This document shows, piece after piece, positions 39,520-55,600 of a stretch of 64,000 nucleotides of DNA. Each line of letters begins with the position of its first letter. Position 1 is the first letter of the stretch. Location: assembly GCF_009914755.1 (NCBI RefSeq), contig NC_060934.1, one strand, 5' to 3'. Position numbers and translations under genes: made by a program. Under the pieces are notes generated by a model. The model had not been told where the DNA came from. It saw nothing but the letters and a program-made list of their open reading frames with translations, and ran no database searches. The stretch comes from the human T2T-CHM13v2.0 reference genome, Homo sapiens.

Positions 39520-42145
39520 ACTTACCCAGCATATTAGGAACACATGGGACTGACTGACTGTTGTATTTAGGGCCCTTGATTGAGGGGGTGCTAAACCTGA
39601 CAAAACGGTAAGGTATAGGTTTGGATTTAAAGCATGAGATAGTTTTCTTAGACACACCCATCATGCTAGTCCTTTTATTACTCTGAGGAACATGGTTTCT
39701 AAAGCAGGTGGGATTTATGACAGATATAGTTGCTCCTATGTCAAGTAAGGCAATGGAGAGCTCACGTTATGATTATATTAATCTTTCCCAATTTGTCAAG
39801 GTAGAATACTGGGAGAGGTGAAACCCTTTAACTTCCTCAGAGCACCCCTAGTCTTCCTGAGTTGTATCCTCCTGCTGTGGCTTCCACTTCCACCTAAAGC
39901 AGTCCTGTTTAAGGTGTCTTGGTCTTTTACAATAGTAACAGGCTGAGGGAAGAGTCCTCAGACCGAGAGGGCTTTTCATTATTCTGAGGCTAACAGGTTT
40001 GAGAAGTTAATTGCTTTAACTATAAATGCATAACTCTGGCAGTCTTTTGTTTTTTTTTCCTTTATCATAGCACAGGATAATTGGTCAGCTAAGTTAACTA
40101 GTTCCCTAGTTCTGACCACGGCCCAATTTGTTATGTGGTGTTTTACAAGAGTGGCTAAATCATCATCTGGTCTGTTTTGAAAGTTTGCATTTAATAAGCG
40201 CCATTTTTATTGTTCTCAAGGCAATCAGCTGACATCCCATAATATTGTCTCAAAGTTTTATCAAAACATGAAAAATAATCTCAAACTAATTCCTTTGGGT
40301 TCTGGTGGCATTGCTGGATTTTATTCCAATCCACAAACCTTTGGAATGCTGAAGGAATTATAATTAACAGAGCAGTGGCTCATGCCTTGGCATCTTTGAG
40401 CCTGTCTTCTGAACTTTTGGGGACTTGTTGTCATCCTGTTGGACCTTTGGAAATTGACTCTGCTAAATGGTCTGACCACTGTGCTTTTTCCAGCCATTCC
40501 TTAGCTTTAGCATCCAAAACCAACATGTGGAACAGCTGGTAAGGGTCTGAATGACACGGGCCATATGACGAGTGACCTGACAATGAGCTCAAATTCTTGG
40601 GCAAATCTTTATGGGAGTCAGGAAATTTTTTAACTTTGCCTCCTAGCTCAGCCTTTGACCAGGTTTGAAAGACCATCACTGGGGTTTCCCTACCTGTTAC
40701 TGGTCATTCCCTATATGGTGTGATCATGAGAGATGTTCCTACAGGTTCCCCCTTTTCCACTTCTTCCAGATGAAAGGCTGCCAGGGAGACTGTTGTGAAA
40801 TCATCAGGAGACGGAGTTGTAGAAGTAGACCACCCTGTTGCCTTCTGTTGAGTGAGTAGCAGACAAGGAGAGGAAGATGGTAGGCTAGAGCATGCAGGCA
40901 GAGGAAACAGATCTGGTCCAGGAAGTTCAGAGAGGTCGGAGTAAGCTGGGGATGTACCTGGAGGTGGGGGAAGAACCAAGGGGGATGTAAGCAATTCTGA
41001 AGATTTCTTTAAGAGAGATAAAGCACTAGAGAGTTATCAGTTAGTATCTCTAAGTTGTTTGTTGGCCTCCTGTAAGGAGGTGAGGCAGTCTTCCCCCTTT
41101 TTGCTACCTCTCTAGGTACCACTGAAAGTAGCTCTCCCATTCTGGCTGTTGAGTTTTTGTGCATGCATTTTCCATCCTAGTTCCCAGGTACACTAATTTG
41201 GGCATCTCAGATGATCCCCATCTAGGCCACTGTTAAGTTAGAACCTCTGTGGTTATAATGGGCCACTGTCACAGGTATTGACTATCTGGGGCTGATGTTG
41301 CATGGGTGGTAAAAAATACTTACCAAAATGGTTGCAGATTTTTAAAAGGCAGATTTATTAGACAAAGTAGGGAAATGTGTTTCAAAAAAGCAACAGGCAA
41401 GTCAGCAAAAGAGGAGCTAACTGCAAGGAGACAAAGGCATCCTGAGGATTTTATAGGATGGTCTTTGTGCTGTGTGCTGAAGAGGGCTGTGTGCAATACT
41501 GATAACAGCAAGGTTGCAGTGAGCTAACTTACGTGTTCTTTTTGATTAGTTAAGATGTCTGGTGACAGCTGGGTGCAGGAAGATTGTGACTTATTTGCGC
41601 AGTAGGGCTGTGTGTCCTGGACCACGAAAAAAAGGCAGATTTATGGCTTATTTGGTTTTTGTTCTTGCTTTCTCCTGCTCCCACCAGCCTGACTTCTTAT
41701 CCCTAATTAGAACTCAACATCCACTTGACTAAATATTTGAATGATTTACCATAAGTATTTTGCATATACCCAGCGGGAGTTTCTAAGGGTAGAACTTCAT
41801 GTTCTGCAGCTGCAGAGGCTTAAGCCAACTTAGAGGCCTTGTTCCCCAGAATTCAGAGTTTTCCTTTGAATTTAACCAATTCAAGGAGTGTGTCAGACCC
41901 AATGGGTTCTGCTTGTGGACCTAGCTTTCCAGGGCAATTACTCCCTGAACTAGTTTGGTCCACTCATGTCGTGGCTACCTGAATCTGTGTGGCAGGGGCT
42001 CAAGGCGCAGGAGGGGCTGACCTGTTGGGTGAGATTAGACCCTAATTATGTTCCTCTGAAGAAAAAACCTAATCAGAGCCACTGGATCTCTTAGGAATCA
42101 GTCCTCCCAGACATCCTCATGTTAATTCTCAGGAAATAGTCACCC
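39520..42145 (-). mobile_element. Class I ERV internal copy A (leader, gag, part of pro; truncated)
   Basis: Gag-like ORF fragments (40431-40994) paralogous to 49779-50369 and 58544-59481. Confidence 0.85.
41267..41719 (-). mobile_element. Solo LTR (ERVL type, LTR47-like, tentative) inserted in gag of copy A
   Basis: TG...CA ends, TSD (g/t)ccac. It interrupts sequence that is contiguous in copies B and C (ttatagttgtcca(c/t)ttgactaaat). Confidence 0.8.
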
Positions 42146-42149
42146 ATGT

Positions 42150-42527
42150 TTTTGTCTGGCTCAGTGAATCTTTATTTTAACATAAGACAACATAGACAAT
42201 ATGGCAGAAGAAGCAGTCAGATATGTGTTTGTCTCAGGTGAGCAGAGAGATGACTTTGATTTCTGTCCTCTGTTCTGCACCTGTGAATATAAGTGATCAA
42301 TTTACATTGCCAGAGTGAATTCAAGAGAACTGTTTTAGGGTAAAGATCTTGGGCCCCAAAGGTAATTTTCTTCTGGGCAAACTGTGAGGGAGCTAAGTAG
42401 CCTTTTATCTTTGCAGCCATCTTATTTACAAACCAAATAGGAGGCGGGTTGGTGTGACCCAGTTCTCTGCTTGACTTTTCCTTTTTGCTTGATGAGTTTG
42501 GGGTTCCAAATTTATTTTCCTTTCATA
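42150..42527 (-). mobile_element. MER4-group LTR (partial) between ERV copies A and B
   Basis: Homologous to ~51980-52374; polypurine tract adjacent on the env side. Confidence 0.8.
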
Positions 42528-45500
42528 TTCCCCCAGCTTCCTTTTCATACTTAAAATCATTTGGAGAAAGCATTTTAAAAAGAAATGAGTCTCTAGTCTC
42601 AGGATTTTTCTTTTATGAGCTGGTCCCTTGTACCTAGGATGTTTTATTCCTAGAAGTTAAGGTTCCATGGTGCTAGAAAGGCTCATTCTTAGGTGGTCTT
42701 GTCTCATGGAGATTTAAAAAAAAAAAACAGGAGAAGGAAAGAAGAAAAAAAGAAAAACAATATGTATGTGGAGCTAGGCCAGATTTATAGCAACATAAGG
42801 GAAAGTAAACCTGGAAGTTGGTTCAGGCTATGCTACTGCCTCCTCAGTTAGAGCACTTCTTTGGGCAACCATTACTCTAGACTTCTCAGTTGCACATTGT
42901 CTTAGTTGCAAGCACATACCATTACGACAACCTAAGTAAAAAAACAGGACAGAACACAAATTATTATTATGATTCCTATTATGAGCAATAGCTTCTGCCA
43001 CCAAGTTCCCCAGGATCCAAACAAACCACTCAACTAGTCGATTCGTAAGGGCTTTGGATCTGACAGGTTGGTTATCTGGGTTTTTATGTCAGTCATAAGT
43101 CAGGTTTTGTCATTTGATTCCTCTAAGATATAAATCCAAAATTCAGTTTTGATTGTGGCAAAGGTTCCACCTTGGGCTGCAGTGAGCATATCTAACGCCA
43201 TACAATTTTGCAGCATGGTTTTTCTTATACGTGAGTCCTCATTGTTTAGCAAAGAGATAGCCATGCAGCTATCATTTAGGGCCTTTTGGGTATTATTTGT
43301 TAAGGCCTCTATATGCCATAGAACATCTTTAATATCTATTTGTGGTATAAAGATAGAAGCTGAGTAATCATACCATTGGAATACAGAATGTGTCCAATGA
43401 GACTGCAAATGAAAAAGGTCTGCTGGTTTGGCAGAGTCTGAATTACTCATCCTTGTGCCCAAGCATAACCTAGGGAACATTGTCCTAACCATCCTGGGGT
43501 TAACTGAGGCCATAAATTAGTGCTACATAGCCAGTATGTCCTATTTGGAGCTAGCTAATAAATACCATGTTGCTGTACCCAATTCGTGGTATGCTAGCCA
43601 GTGTCTTGTAGTAATAATATGGTCACAATGTTCTCCAAGTATCCACCACATGTCTCCTGCACTGTTTGGTCTGGGTCTTTAATGTGGTTTCTTGGTTCCC
43701 AGCATAAAGGAGCATTTTTAGCTGAGTTGGCCAAATGAAAGGGTAAGACAGATCAACCCATCCCAAATTTGCATTACCCCATTTTGAAAATGGGCAGATA
43801 CTTTGGGTGTGGTTATCACCCACTCTTTTCACTGGATGGGGGGATACTTAGGTAAGTGCTAGTGAGCTGGTCCTTTCCTCTGAAAAGCTTTTCCCATGTG
43901 CCTTTCTCCTAAGAGTCTTTTCAATGGGCTAATGATACGTATTGTCCTTTTTTATGCCAGCACTAAGGACACCAGACCATTTCTGTGATGTAATACATTT
44001 TGGTGTTATAGCTAGTCCTGACCTCAGAAGGGAGATACCCATCATGACAGGCTGGAGCCACTGGAAATAGGCATGGTTGGCATATTCAGCAGGCATCTTT
44101 TTGGAATCTGTGTGTATAATCCTGAGCCACTGTAGAAACAGGTTTATTTCACGGGCTACAGCAGACGGCAGTGGCAAGAAGGCAAGAAGGCAAGAAGGCA
44201 TAGGAAAAGAGCATAAATAGCTGCAGCGTTATGAGATTCACTTTAACTACTGCAAAGACACTAAATCAGATAAACCAGGTGCTGGGTTCTCCATAAGATA
44301 GCAATTGCCAGTATCCCTAGGATAATCATCATAATGGCTAATACACAATAAACACAGGTGTTCTTTTGTACATAGGCATGGGTGGGCCAGTGTCTTGGGT
44401 TAAAGCTGTCAACAACAGCTGTTATCTGCTTCTAGTCCCAAGTCAAAGGTTGATATTGTTTAGTGAACTGGAGGCTAAGATCCTTGGCTGGAATCACTGT
44501 TCACTCAGGAGGATGTGCCTTTTTAAGATGAGACATGTAAATACATAAGTCTATACCCCCTAATTGTGCAGCACATGAATTAGTCAATACTACCTGGTAT
44601 GGACCCTTCCATTGGGGATTAAGGGAGTCCTTTACCAAAGACTTTCTCTTTTGTAAGAGACAAAGTCTCTAGGCTACAGATTATGACCAGAAACCTCATC
44701 TTCAGGGAGGGCACTGTAAAAAGAATCCTTTACCAAAACTTGGCTTTTCATAAGGTGATGAATTAGTCCCTTACAATATATTGCAATATATCTCCCTGGA
44801 GAAAAGTTGGGTCGGTTATTTGGGTTCCTGACACATGGGCCTTCCCATTATAATTGTATAAGGGTATAGTTGATGTTTCACAAAATGGTGGATCAGAGTG
44901 TAAGGAGTGCCAGGAGGAGTTCTAGGCCAGGACAGGTGAAAAGCCCCTATGAACTTAGCCAATTGTGTTTTAATTATACCATTGGTCCTTTCCACCAGCC
45001 CTGAAGACTGAGGGTGGTAGGCACAACGGAAATGTTGAAGTACGAGGAAAATTTTACAAACAATTTGAAAAACCTGGCCAGTAAAATGAGTTCCCCTATC
45101 ACTGTGAAGTTCAGAGGGGACTTCACAGAGTGGAATCATTTTTTCACATAGGATTTTTCCAACTGCCATCGCTGTTGCTTGCCTGCAGGAAAAAGCTTCA
45201 ACCCAGTGGGAAGACACGTAGATAGTTACTAAAACATACTTTTAAACTGGAGATAATGGCAGCTGAATACTATCAAGCTGCCATACCTCAGAAGGTCCAG
45301 CCAGAAGGGGAAAATGATCCTGGGCACCATGGAGGGGGTTTCCTGGGTTATCTTTGGGAGAGAGAACACATGGAGAGTAAATATTTTGTGGCACCATGAA
45401 TGATAGTTTCCAGTAATATTGTTTACACCAGGATTACATTTTCTCTGGATTCCAATGGGTCAGATTATTAACATATTCCACAAGAGGCATCTGACATCCC

Positions 45501-45954
45501 ATTGGAATAATGGGTTTATTATTAGGTTCACATCATATTTCGCTTTCCAGTGACAGGTATCCCCCTTTCTGTTTCCAAGTAGATTTCCCTCTCATTTGGG
45601 CTATGCTCTGGGTTTTCTTCAACATGTTTTTAAGTGTTTCAGGTTTTATGACCATTCCCCAGATTGGAGCTGGTGGCTTAAATTCTGCTCTTTTAGCTGT
45701 AGCATCAGCAGATTGGTTACCCTGCTTTCAGTGGTGTCCAACTTAGAGTGACCTGGAATTTTTATAATTGTCAAAAGTTTCTGTTTTTGAATGACTTCTA
45801 ACAGCTCTGACACTTCTTGTCCATTTTTTATGGGTCACCCCAAGAAGGTTAAATATCCTCTCTCCTTCCGTAGCATCCCAAAGTCATGAGCAACACCAAG
45901 TGCAGAGCAGCTGTCAGTGCAATACTTTCAACAGCCTTGTCTTTTGCCAGTTGA

Positions 45955-47545
<1,591 letters not shown>

Positions 47546-50500
47546 TCAGCCACTTGAGGTGATCTGGCTTGGGGAAGAGGACCAGCTTCAATTACCTCTA
47601 ATAAGGAAACCACGGCATAGCCTGTTCTAACATTTCCACCCTCTCCTCTTAAATCAGACCGATCTGTATACCAGTCTATCTCAGCATTATCCAGTGGCAT
47701 CTCCTGTAGGCCTGTCCTGGGGGTGAGAAGTTAGTCAGTCATCAGAACAGTCATGAGGGGTTTTGTCAGAAGGGCCCAGGAACAGAGTAGCAGGATTTAG
47801 ACTATTACAGTGGGATGAGGTAATATTTGGAGATGATAAAAGCAAATCTTCATAGAAAGTTAATCTATTGACAGACACATATTAAGTATGATGAGAGTTT
47901 AGAAGGGTCTCAAGAGAATGCGGTACATAAATGGTAAGGGAAGAACACGTAATAATATCTTCAACAGACTTCTACAGAATGGAAGTGCCTGATACAGCTC
48001 TCACACAGTGAGGTAAGGCCACAAGGTCTAGCTGTTGGCTGTAATACCCTATAGTTATCTGGTGATCACTAGGTTTCTGGTCAGTAGCCCAGGTGCCGTT
48101 TCTCCACTTTTGTGTATGAATAGGGAGAAAGGCAATTTGTAGTTAGGGTGCCCTAAGCCTGGGGCATTTTGAAACTTTCCTTTATTTGTTGCACAGCTGA
48201 TTGTCCCTCTGGAGTAAACATGATGGGATCAGACTGTTCATCTTTTAGGTATGCATACAGAGGTTGAGCCATAAGGGTGAAATCTGGTGTGCAGTTCCTA
48301 CAATAGCCAGCCAGCCCCACAAACCCTCTATGTTGTTTCTTAGTGATGGACATTGGGAAAGCTAAAATTTCTCTCACTCTACTAGGGTTAATACTCAGTT
48401 CTTTGATGGAGATAATATGCCCCCAAATTCTTAACTTGGGGTGAGCACAGCTGAAGTTTATCTTGGGACACTTTGTCTCTTACTGGCTTATAGTTTGAAT
48501 AAATATGAAATATATTCCTGAGAGGAAGAGAGTGTGTCTGACCCAAAGAGAATGCCATCCACTTATTGGATAAGCATAGAGCCTCAGGGAAAAATTAAGT
48601 CCTCTAAATCACACTTTAATATTTCAGAAAAATAAGTGGGACTTTCCACGCACCTTTGAGGCATTACAGTCCACGTATATCATGTAGATTGCCATTCTCT
48701 TCAGGTGAAGGCAAACAAATATTGGCTGTGTGGATCTACAGGAATACTAAAGAAGGCACTGCAGATGCACAACTGAGAAATACTGGCTGGGAGTGGGTAC
48801 AGCTGATAGAAGGGTATGTGAGTGTCTAAATATTATGCTATTGTTTACTGCTCTCAGATCCTGTATAAATCTCCATACTCAAGCCGGGCATGATGGCTCA
48901 CACCTATAGACCCAGCATTTGGGAAGGCCAAGGTAGGAAGATCACTTGAGCTCAGGAGTTCAAGACCAGCCTAGGCAACATAGTGAGACCTCTTCTCAAA
49001 AAAAAAAAAAAAAATGTATCTTCTCCTGTTCGTTTTTATCTTCTCCTGTTTGTTTTTTCTACAAAGAATATGGTGGTGGGGAAGGGGAGTGTTGCAGGGG
49101 ATGGTACAGGAAATAATGAGGACACAGCCCCCTTTTGAGATAATCTTCTATGATAGGGACAATTCCATCTATGGCTTCCTTTCTGAGAGGGTATTAATAT
49201 CGGGCAAGATATTTTTTTTTCTGTTTATCTCAACATCTATTGGAGTGGCTGAGAATATTTTTTCTAAGTCTGTCTTTGACTTGGACCATAAGTGGGTGAG
49301 GATGGCCTTAAGCAAATGTTCCCCTTTTAGGGTTAATATGAATTTTGGGGGGGACTAAAGGGAATCATACAGTTCCCTGCCTTTTATTCCATTTTTCTCT
49401 TTTCTCCTCTAACATTTTCTTGGCTGTCTCTAGTTCATTTTCTCAGTCACAAGATGATGTTTTAACATTACTAAATCATGGTAAATTGTCAAGACTTTTT
49501 AAAATTTGTTATTTTTGGTCTCCTGGCTCCAATTCCAAAAAGATTCACCTTTGATGAAAAAGACTTATGGGCATTAAGGATGTTGAGAAGATTGCAGCCC
49601 AAAAGATTGACAGGGTTCCCAGGACATATTAGGAACATGTGAGACCTACCAAGTGGGTCACATTTAGAGCCCTGGGAACAGTAAATTCTTTATGCTTCGC
49701 AACTCAACCTTTGACCAGGGTTGACAGACAATTGCTGGGGTTCCCCTACCTGTTACTGATTGTTCCCTAAATGGGCAATCATGAGGGGTGTCCTTGCAGG
49801 GTCCCCCTTTTCCCATCTTCCTGATGAGAGGCTGCCACGGGGGCTGTCATGGAATCATCAGGAGGTAGGGTCTTGGAGGTTAGACCTCCTGCTGCCTTCT
49901 GTTGAATGAGCAGCAGATGAGGACGAGGGGAAGATGGTAGCCTGGAGCATGCAAGAGAAGGAAGGAACAGATCTTGTCCAGGAAGTTCAGAGGAGGCGGG
50001 GTAAAGTGGGGGTGTAAATGGAGGTGAAGGAAGCACCAAGGGGGAAGTAAGCAATTCTGAAGATTTCTTTAAGAGTGATCAAGTGCTAGAGAGTTCTCGG
50101 TTAGCATATCTAAGTTGTTTGTTGGCCTCCTGTAAGGAAGTGAGGTAGTCTTCCCCCATTTTGCTACTCTCTAGGTACCATTGAAAGTAGCTCTCCCATT
50201 CTGGCTGTTGAGTTTTTGTGCATGCATTTTCCATCCTAGTTCCCAGGTGCACTAATATGGGCATCTCAGAAGATTCCCTTCTAGGCCATTGTAACTTAGA
50301 GTCTGCTTTGGTTATAGTTGTCCACTTGACTAAATATGTGCATGGCAATTCACTAGAAGTATTTTGCAAATACCCAGCCAGAGTTTCTAAGGATGAAACT
50401 TATGTTCCACAGCTGTGTGGGGGCTTTGGCGAACTTAGAGGCCTCATTCCTCCTAACTTAGAGTTCTCTTTAAGATTTAACCAAGTGTAGAAAAAAAGGA

Positions 50501-51375
50501 AAACTAAATTTAAACAAGTTGGGGAGTGTATCACACCCAAAGTGTGCTGCTTGTTGACCTAGATTTTCAGGGCCATTAGTTCTTGAACCAGTTTGGTCCA
50601 CCCATATCACTGCTACCTGGCACAGTGTGTCAAGGGCTTAAGGTGCAGGAGAGGTCAGTTCCTTATATGCACCTACAAGCTGAGAATAGACCCTAAGTAT
50701 GTTCTTATAAGGGGGAAACCTAATCCGAGCCATGTCTATGGAGTATTCCTCCCAGACACCCTCACATGATCTCAGACACATGAGAATGTCCAGAAAGACT
50801 GAGAGGAGCAAGATGCTCTTCTTGTCTCCAGAGTGGAAATTTTACACTCATAGGCTACAGGGATTTAGACTTGGTCAAATATGATAGAAGAAAGATAAAA
50901 ACATACCAAATTAAAAACCTTAACAAAACAAGCAAAAACAGATCAGCAAAATAAACACTGATCACACCAATTATGCTTTCTGAGCACTTTAATTGTAAGG
51001 AGAAATGAAGAATAAACTAACGTTTAGTCATTAAAGAGAATTAGCAAGACAAAATCCCAACTCAGCTCCTTACCTAATAATGGGGACCAGGCTAAAGACC
51101 ACTCTCTGCCTGCGCAGAAGCAGACAAGCTCGACTTCCTTGATGGAAGCCAGCTGAAACTCCCAGGAAAAGGAGTTTGTTTTTTTATAGCAAAATAAACC
51201 TCAGACCCTCCCCCTCAACTAAACAACAAAATTGGGGAGGTCAGGGATCCCTGGAGGAAGGAGGTCCCAGACCTCAGCAAATCGTCCCATCGTTTAGGGT
51301 GATAAACACAGCCCAAGCCAGTACCAAGCACCAATAGGAGAGTTGCTGCAGGCCTGGGCCACCTTCATTCAGGAA

Positions 51376-51392
51376 TCCCTTCGTGGTTGCTA
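51376..51392 (-). promoter_or_regulatory. Primer-binding site, tRNA-Arg-like
   Basis: Minus strand TAGCAACCACGAAGGGA, 2 nt after the LTR end ...TTTACA; resembles the Arg PBS TGGCGACCACGAAGGGAC. Confidence 0.7.
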
Positions 51393-51394
51393 GA

Positions 51395-52374
<980 letters not shown>

Positions 52375-52577
52375 TTTTCCTCCCATTTTTTCTTTAAAAT
52401 CTTATGGAGAAAGAATTTTAGAGGTAAATAAGTCTCTGGTTTCAGGTTTTTTCTTTTTTCTTTTTTGAGCTTGTCCCTTGTCGCCAGGATGTTCAGGTCC
52501 CACATTACTTGGAAGGCTTATTCCTAAGGTCATGTTTCATGGAGATAAAATATGATACGTAAAAAAGAAAGATAAAA

Positions 52578-52585
52578 TACACACA

Positions 52586-52630
<45 letters not shown>
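52578..52630. repeat. (CA)n microsatellite
   Basis: Directly visible. Confidence 0.95.
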
Positions 52631-52634
<4 letters not shown>

Positions 52635-55600
52635 AAAAAGAGAGAGACTTTCCCAGATTTACAGCAAAATGGAAAGCAAACCTAGAAGCTGGTTCAGGCT
52701 ATGCTACTGCCTCCTCAATTAGAGCAGTTCTTTGGACAACTATTACTCTAGCCTTTTTGGTTGCATGTTGACTTACTTGCAAGAATATACTATTACAACA
52801 TTGTAAGCAAAAGCATGGCAGAACACTAATTATTATTATTATTCCTATTATGAGCAATATCTTCTGCCACAAGTTCCCCAGGATCCAAACCAACCACTCA
52901 ACCAGTCAATTACCAAGGGTTTTAGATCTGACAGGTTGGTTATCTGGGTTTTCATATCAGCCATAAGTTAAGTTATATTATTTGATGTATCTGGAATATA
53001 AATACAACATTGAGTTTTTATGATGGCACGGGTTCCGCTTTGGGCTGCTGTGAGTATATCTAAGGCCATATGGTTTTGCAGCACAGCTTTCCTCATTAGT
53101 AAGACTTCATTGTTTAGCAAAGAGATACTCATGTGTCTATCATTTAGGACCTTTTGGGTATAATTTGTTAAGGCCTCTGTATGCCATATAACACGTTCAA
53201 TAGCTATTTATGGTACAAAGACAGAAGCTAAGTGATCATACCATTGGAATACAGAACGTGTCCAGCAAGACTGTAAGTGAAAAAGCGTTGCTAGTTTGGC
53301 AGGGTCTGAATTACTCATCCTCGTGCCCAAGCTTAATCTAGGGAACATCATCTTAACCATCCTGGGGGTAATCAAGGCCATAAGTTAAAGCAACATAGCC
53401 AATATGTCCCATTTACTGCTAGCCAATTAATATCTGGTCACTGTACCCAATAGGTGTCATGCCAGTGCCTTGTAACGTAATAATGTGGTCACAATGCTTT
53501 CCAGGTATCCACCCCATATCTCCTGGACTGTTTCACCATTGGCCCTTTGTGTGGTTTCTTTCTTTGCAGAATAAAGGAGCATTCTGGCTGAGTTGGCCTA
53601 ATAAAGGGGTGATTCAGTTAAACTAATCACAAATTTTGCAGTATCTCATCTTGAAATTCAGCAGTTACTTGGGGTGTGGTTACCAACTTCTCTATTAGTT
53701 GCAGAGAGGGGACTAAGGTGAGGGTTGCTGAGCTGGACCTTTCCTCTGAAAACCTTTTCCCATGTGCCTTGCTCTTAAGTGTATTTTCAATGGGCTAATT
53801 ATATATATTGTATTTTCTTACACCAGCACTGAGGATACCAGACCATTTCTGTGATGTAATACATTTTTGGTATTCTATCCAGTCCTGACCATAGAAAGGA
53901 GATACCCAACATGGAAGGCTGGAGCCATTGGAAAGAGGCATGAGTCTGCATATCCAGGAGGCATCTTTTTATAATCTGTCTGCATAATCCTGAGCCCATT
54001 GTAGAAACAGGTTTGTTTCATGGGCCACAGTGGGTGGCAGTGGCAAGGCACAGGGACAGAGGATAAACAGAAACAAGGCTGTGAAATTCATTTTAACTAC
54101 TAAAAGGATATTAAATCAGACAAGGCTGGTGCCTGGTTCTGCATAACACAGCAATTGCCAGTATCTCTAGGACAATCATTGTAATGGCTATCATACACTA
54201 AATATAGGCATTCTTTTGTATACAGGTCTGGGCTGGTGTCTTGGGTTAAAGCTCTCCACAGCAGCTCTCTCCAGTCCTGTGTGAAGATCCTCTAAATTTG
54301 TGGATAAAATGTTATGGCTAAAATCAAGCTGCCAAACCTCAAAAGGTCCAGCTAGAAGGGGAAAATGACCCTTGGCCCCATGGAAGGGCTTCCCTGGCTT
54401 ATTTTGGCAACAAAAAACAGATCAGGAGTAAACCTTTTGTGCCACCAGGAATGACAGTTTCCAATAATATTGTTTACACCAGGATATCATTTTCTCTGGA
54501 TTCCAATGGGTCTGATGATGAACATATTCCATAAGGGGCATCTGACATCCCATTGGAATAATGGGTTTATTATTAGGTTCACATCATATTTCAGTTTGCA
54601 GAGACAGGTATCCCCCTTTCTGTTTCCAAGTAGATTTCCCTCTCGTTTGGGCTATGCTCTGGGTTTTCTTCAACATGTTTTTAAGTGTTTCAGGTTTTAT
54701 GGCCATTCCCCAGATGGGGGCTGGTGGCTCAAATACTGCTCTTTTAGCTGTAGCATCAGCAGATTGGTTACCCTGCTTTCAGTGGTGTCCAATTTAGAGT
54801 GACCTGGGATTTTTATAATTGCCAGAAGTTCTGGTTTTAGAATGGTTTCTAACAGCTCTGATGCTTGTTGGTCATTTTTTATGGGTTGCCCCGAGAAGGT
54901 TAAATATCTTCTCTCCTTCTGTAGCATCCCAAAGTCATGAGCAAACCCAAATGCAGAGCAGCTGTCAGGGCCTATGTTCACAACCTTGTGAACATAGAGC
55001 TCGCCAATTGAAAAGCTCGGGTCAGGGAAATCAACTTGGCTACTTCAGCTGATCTGCCTTGGGGAAGAGGACTGGCTTCAATTACCTCTAATAAGGAAAT
55101 CACAGCATATCCTGCTCTAACATTTCCATGCTCCCCTCTTAAATCAGACCCATCTGCATACCAGTCTATCTCAGCATTATCCAGTGGCATCTATTGCAGG
55201 TCTGTCCTGGAAGTGAGACATTGGTCAGTCATCAGAACATAGTCATGAGGGGTTTCATCAGAAGGTCCCTGGAATAGAGTGGCAGGATTAAGGTAATTAC
55301 ACTGGGATATGATAATATTTGGAGATAAAAGCAAAACTTCACGGAGGTTAACCTATTGACAGGTGTTGAGTTATGATGAGAGTTTAGAAGGGTCTCAAGA
55401 GAATGCGGTACACAAACAGTAGGAAGGGAACCCATGATTATTTCTTCAACAGACTTGTATAGAAGGGAAGTGGCTGATGTTGCTCTCATACAGTGAGGCA
55501 GCCCTTGAGCTACAGGGTCTAACTGTTGCCATAATAGCCTACAGTTCTCTGATGGTCATGATGTTACTGGGTCATTACCCCAGATGCAATTCCTCCACTT

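Noticed and set aside
43100-43513. Env ORF as a domesticated syncytin-like gene
   Set aside because: Only short fragments remain, the CX6CC motif is degenerate, and both env copies carry stops and frameshifts.
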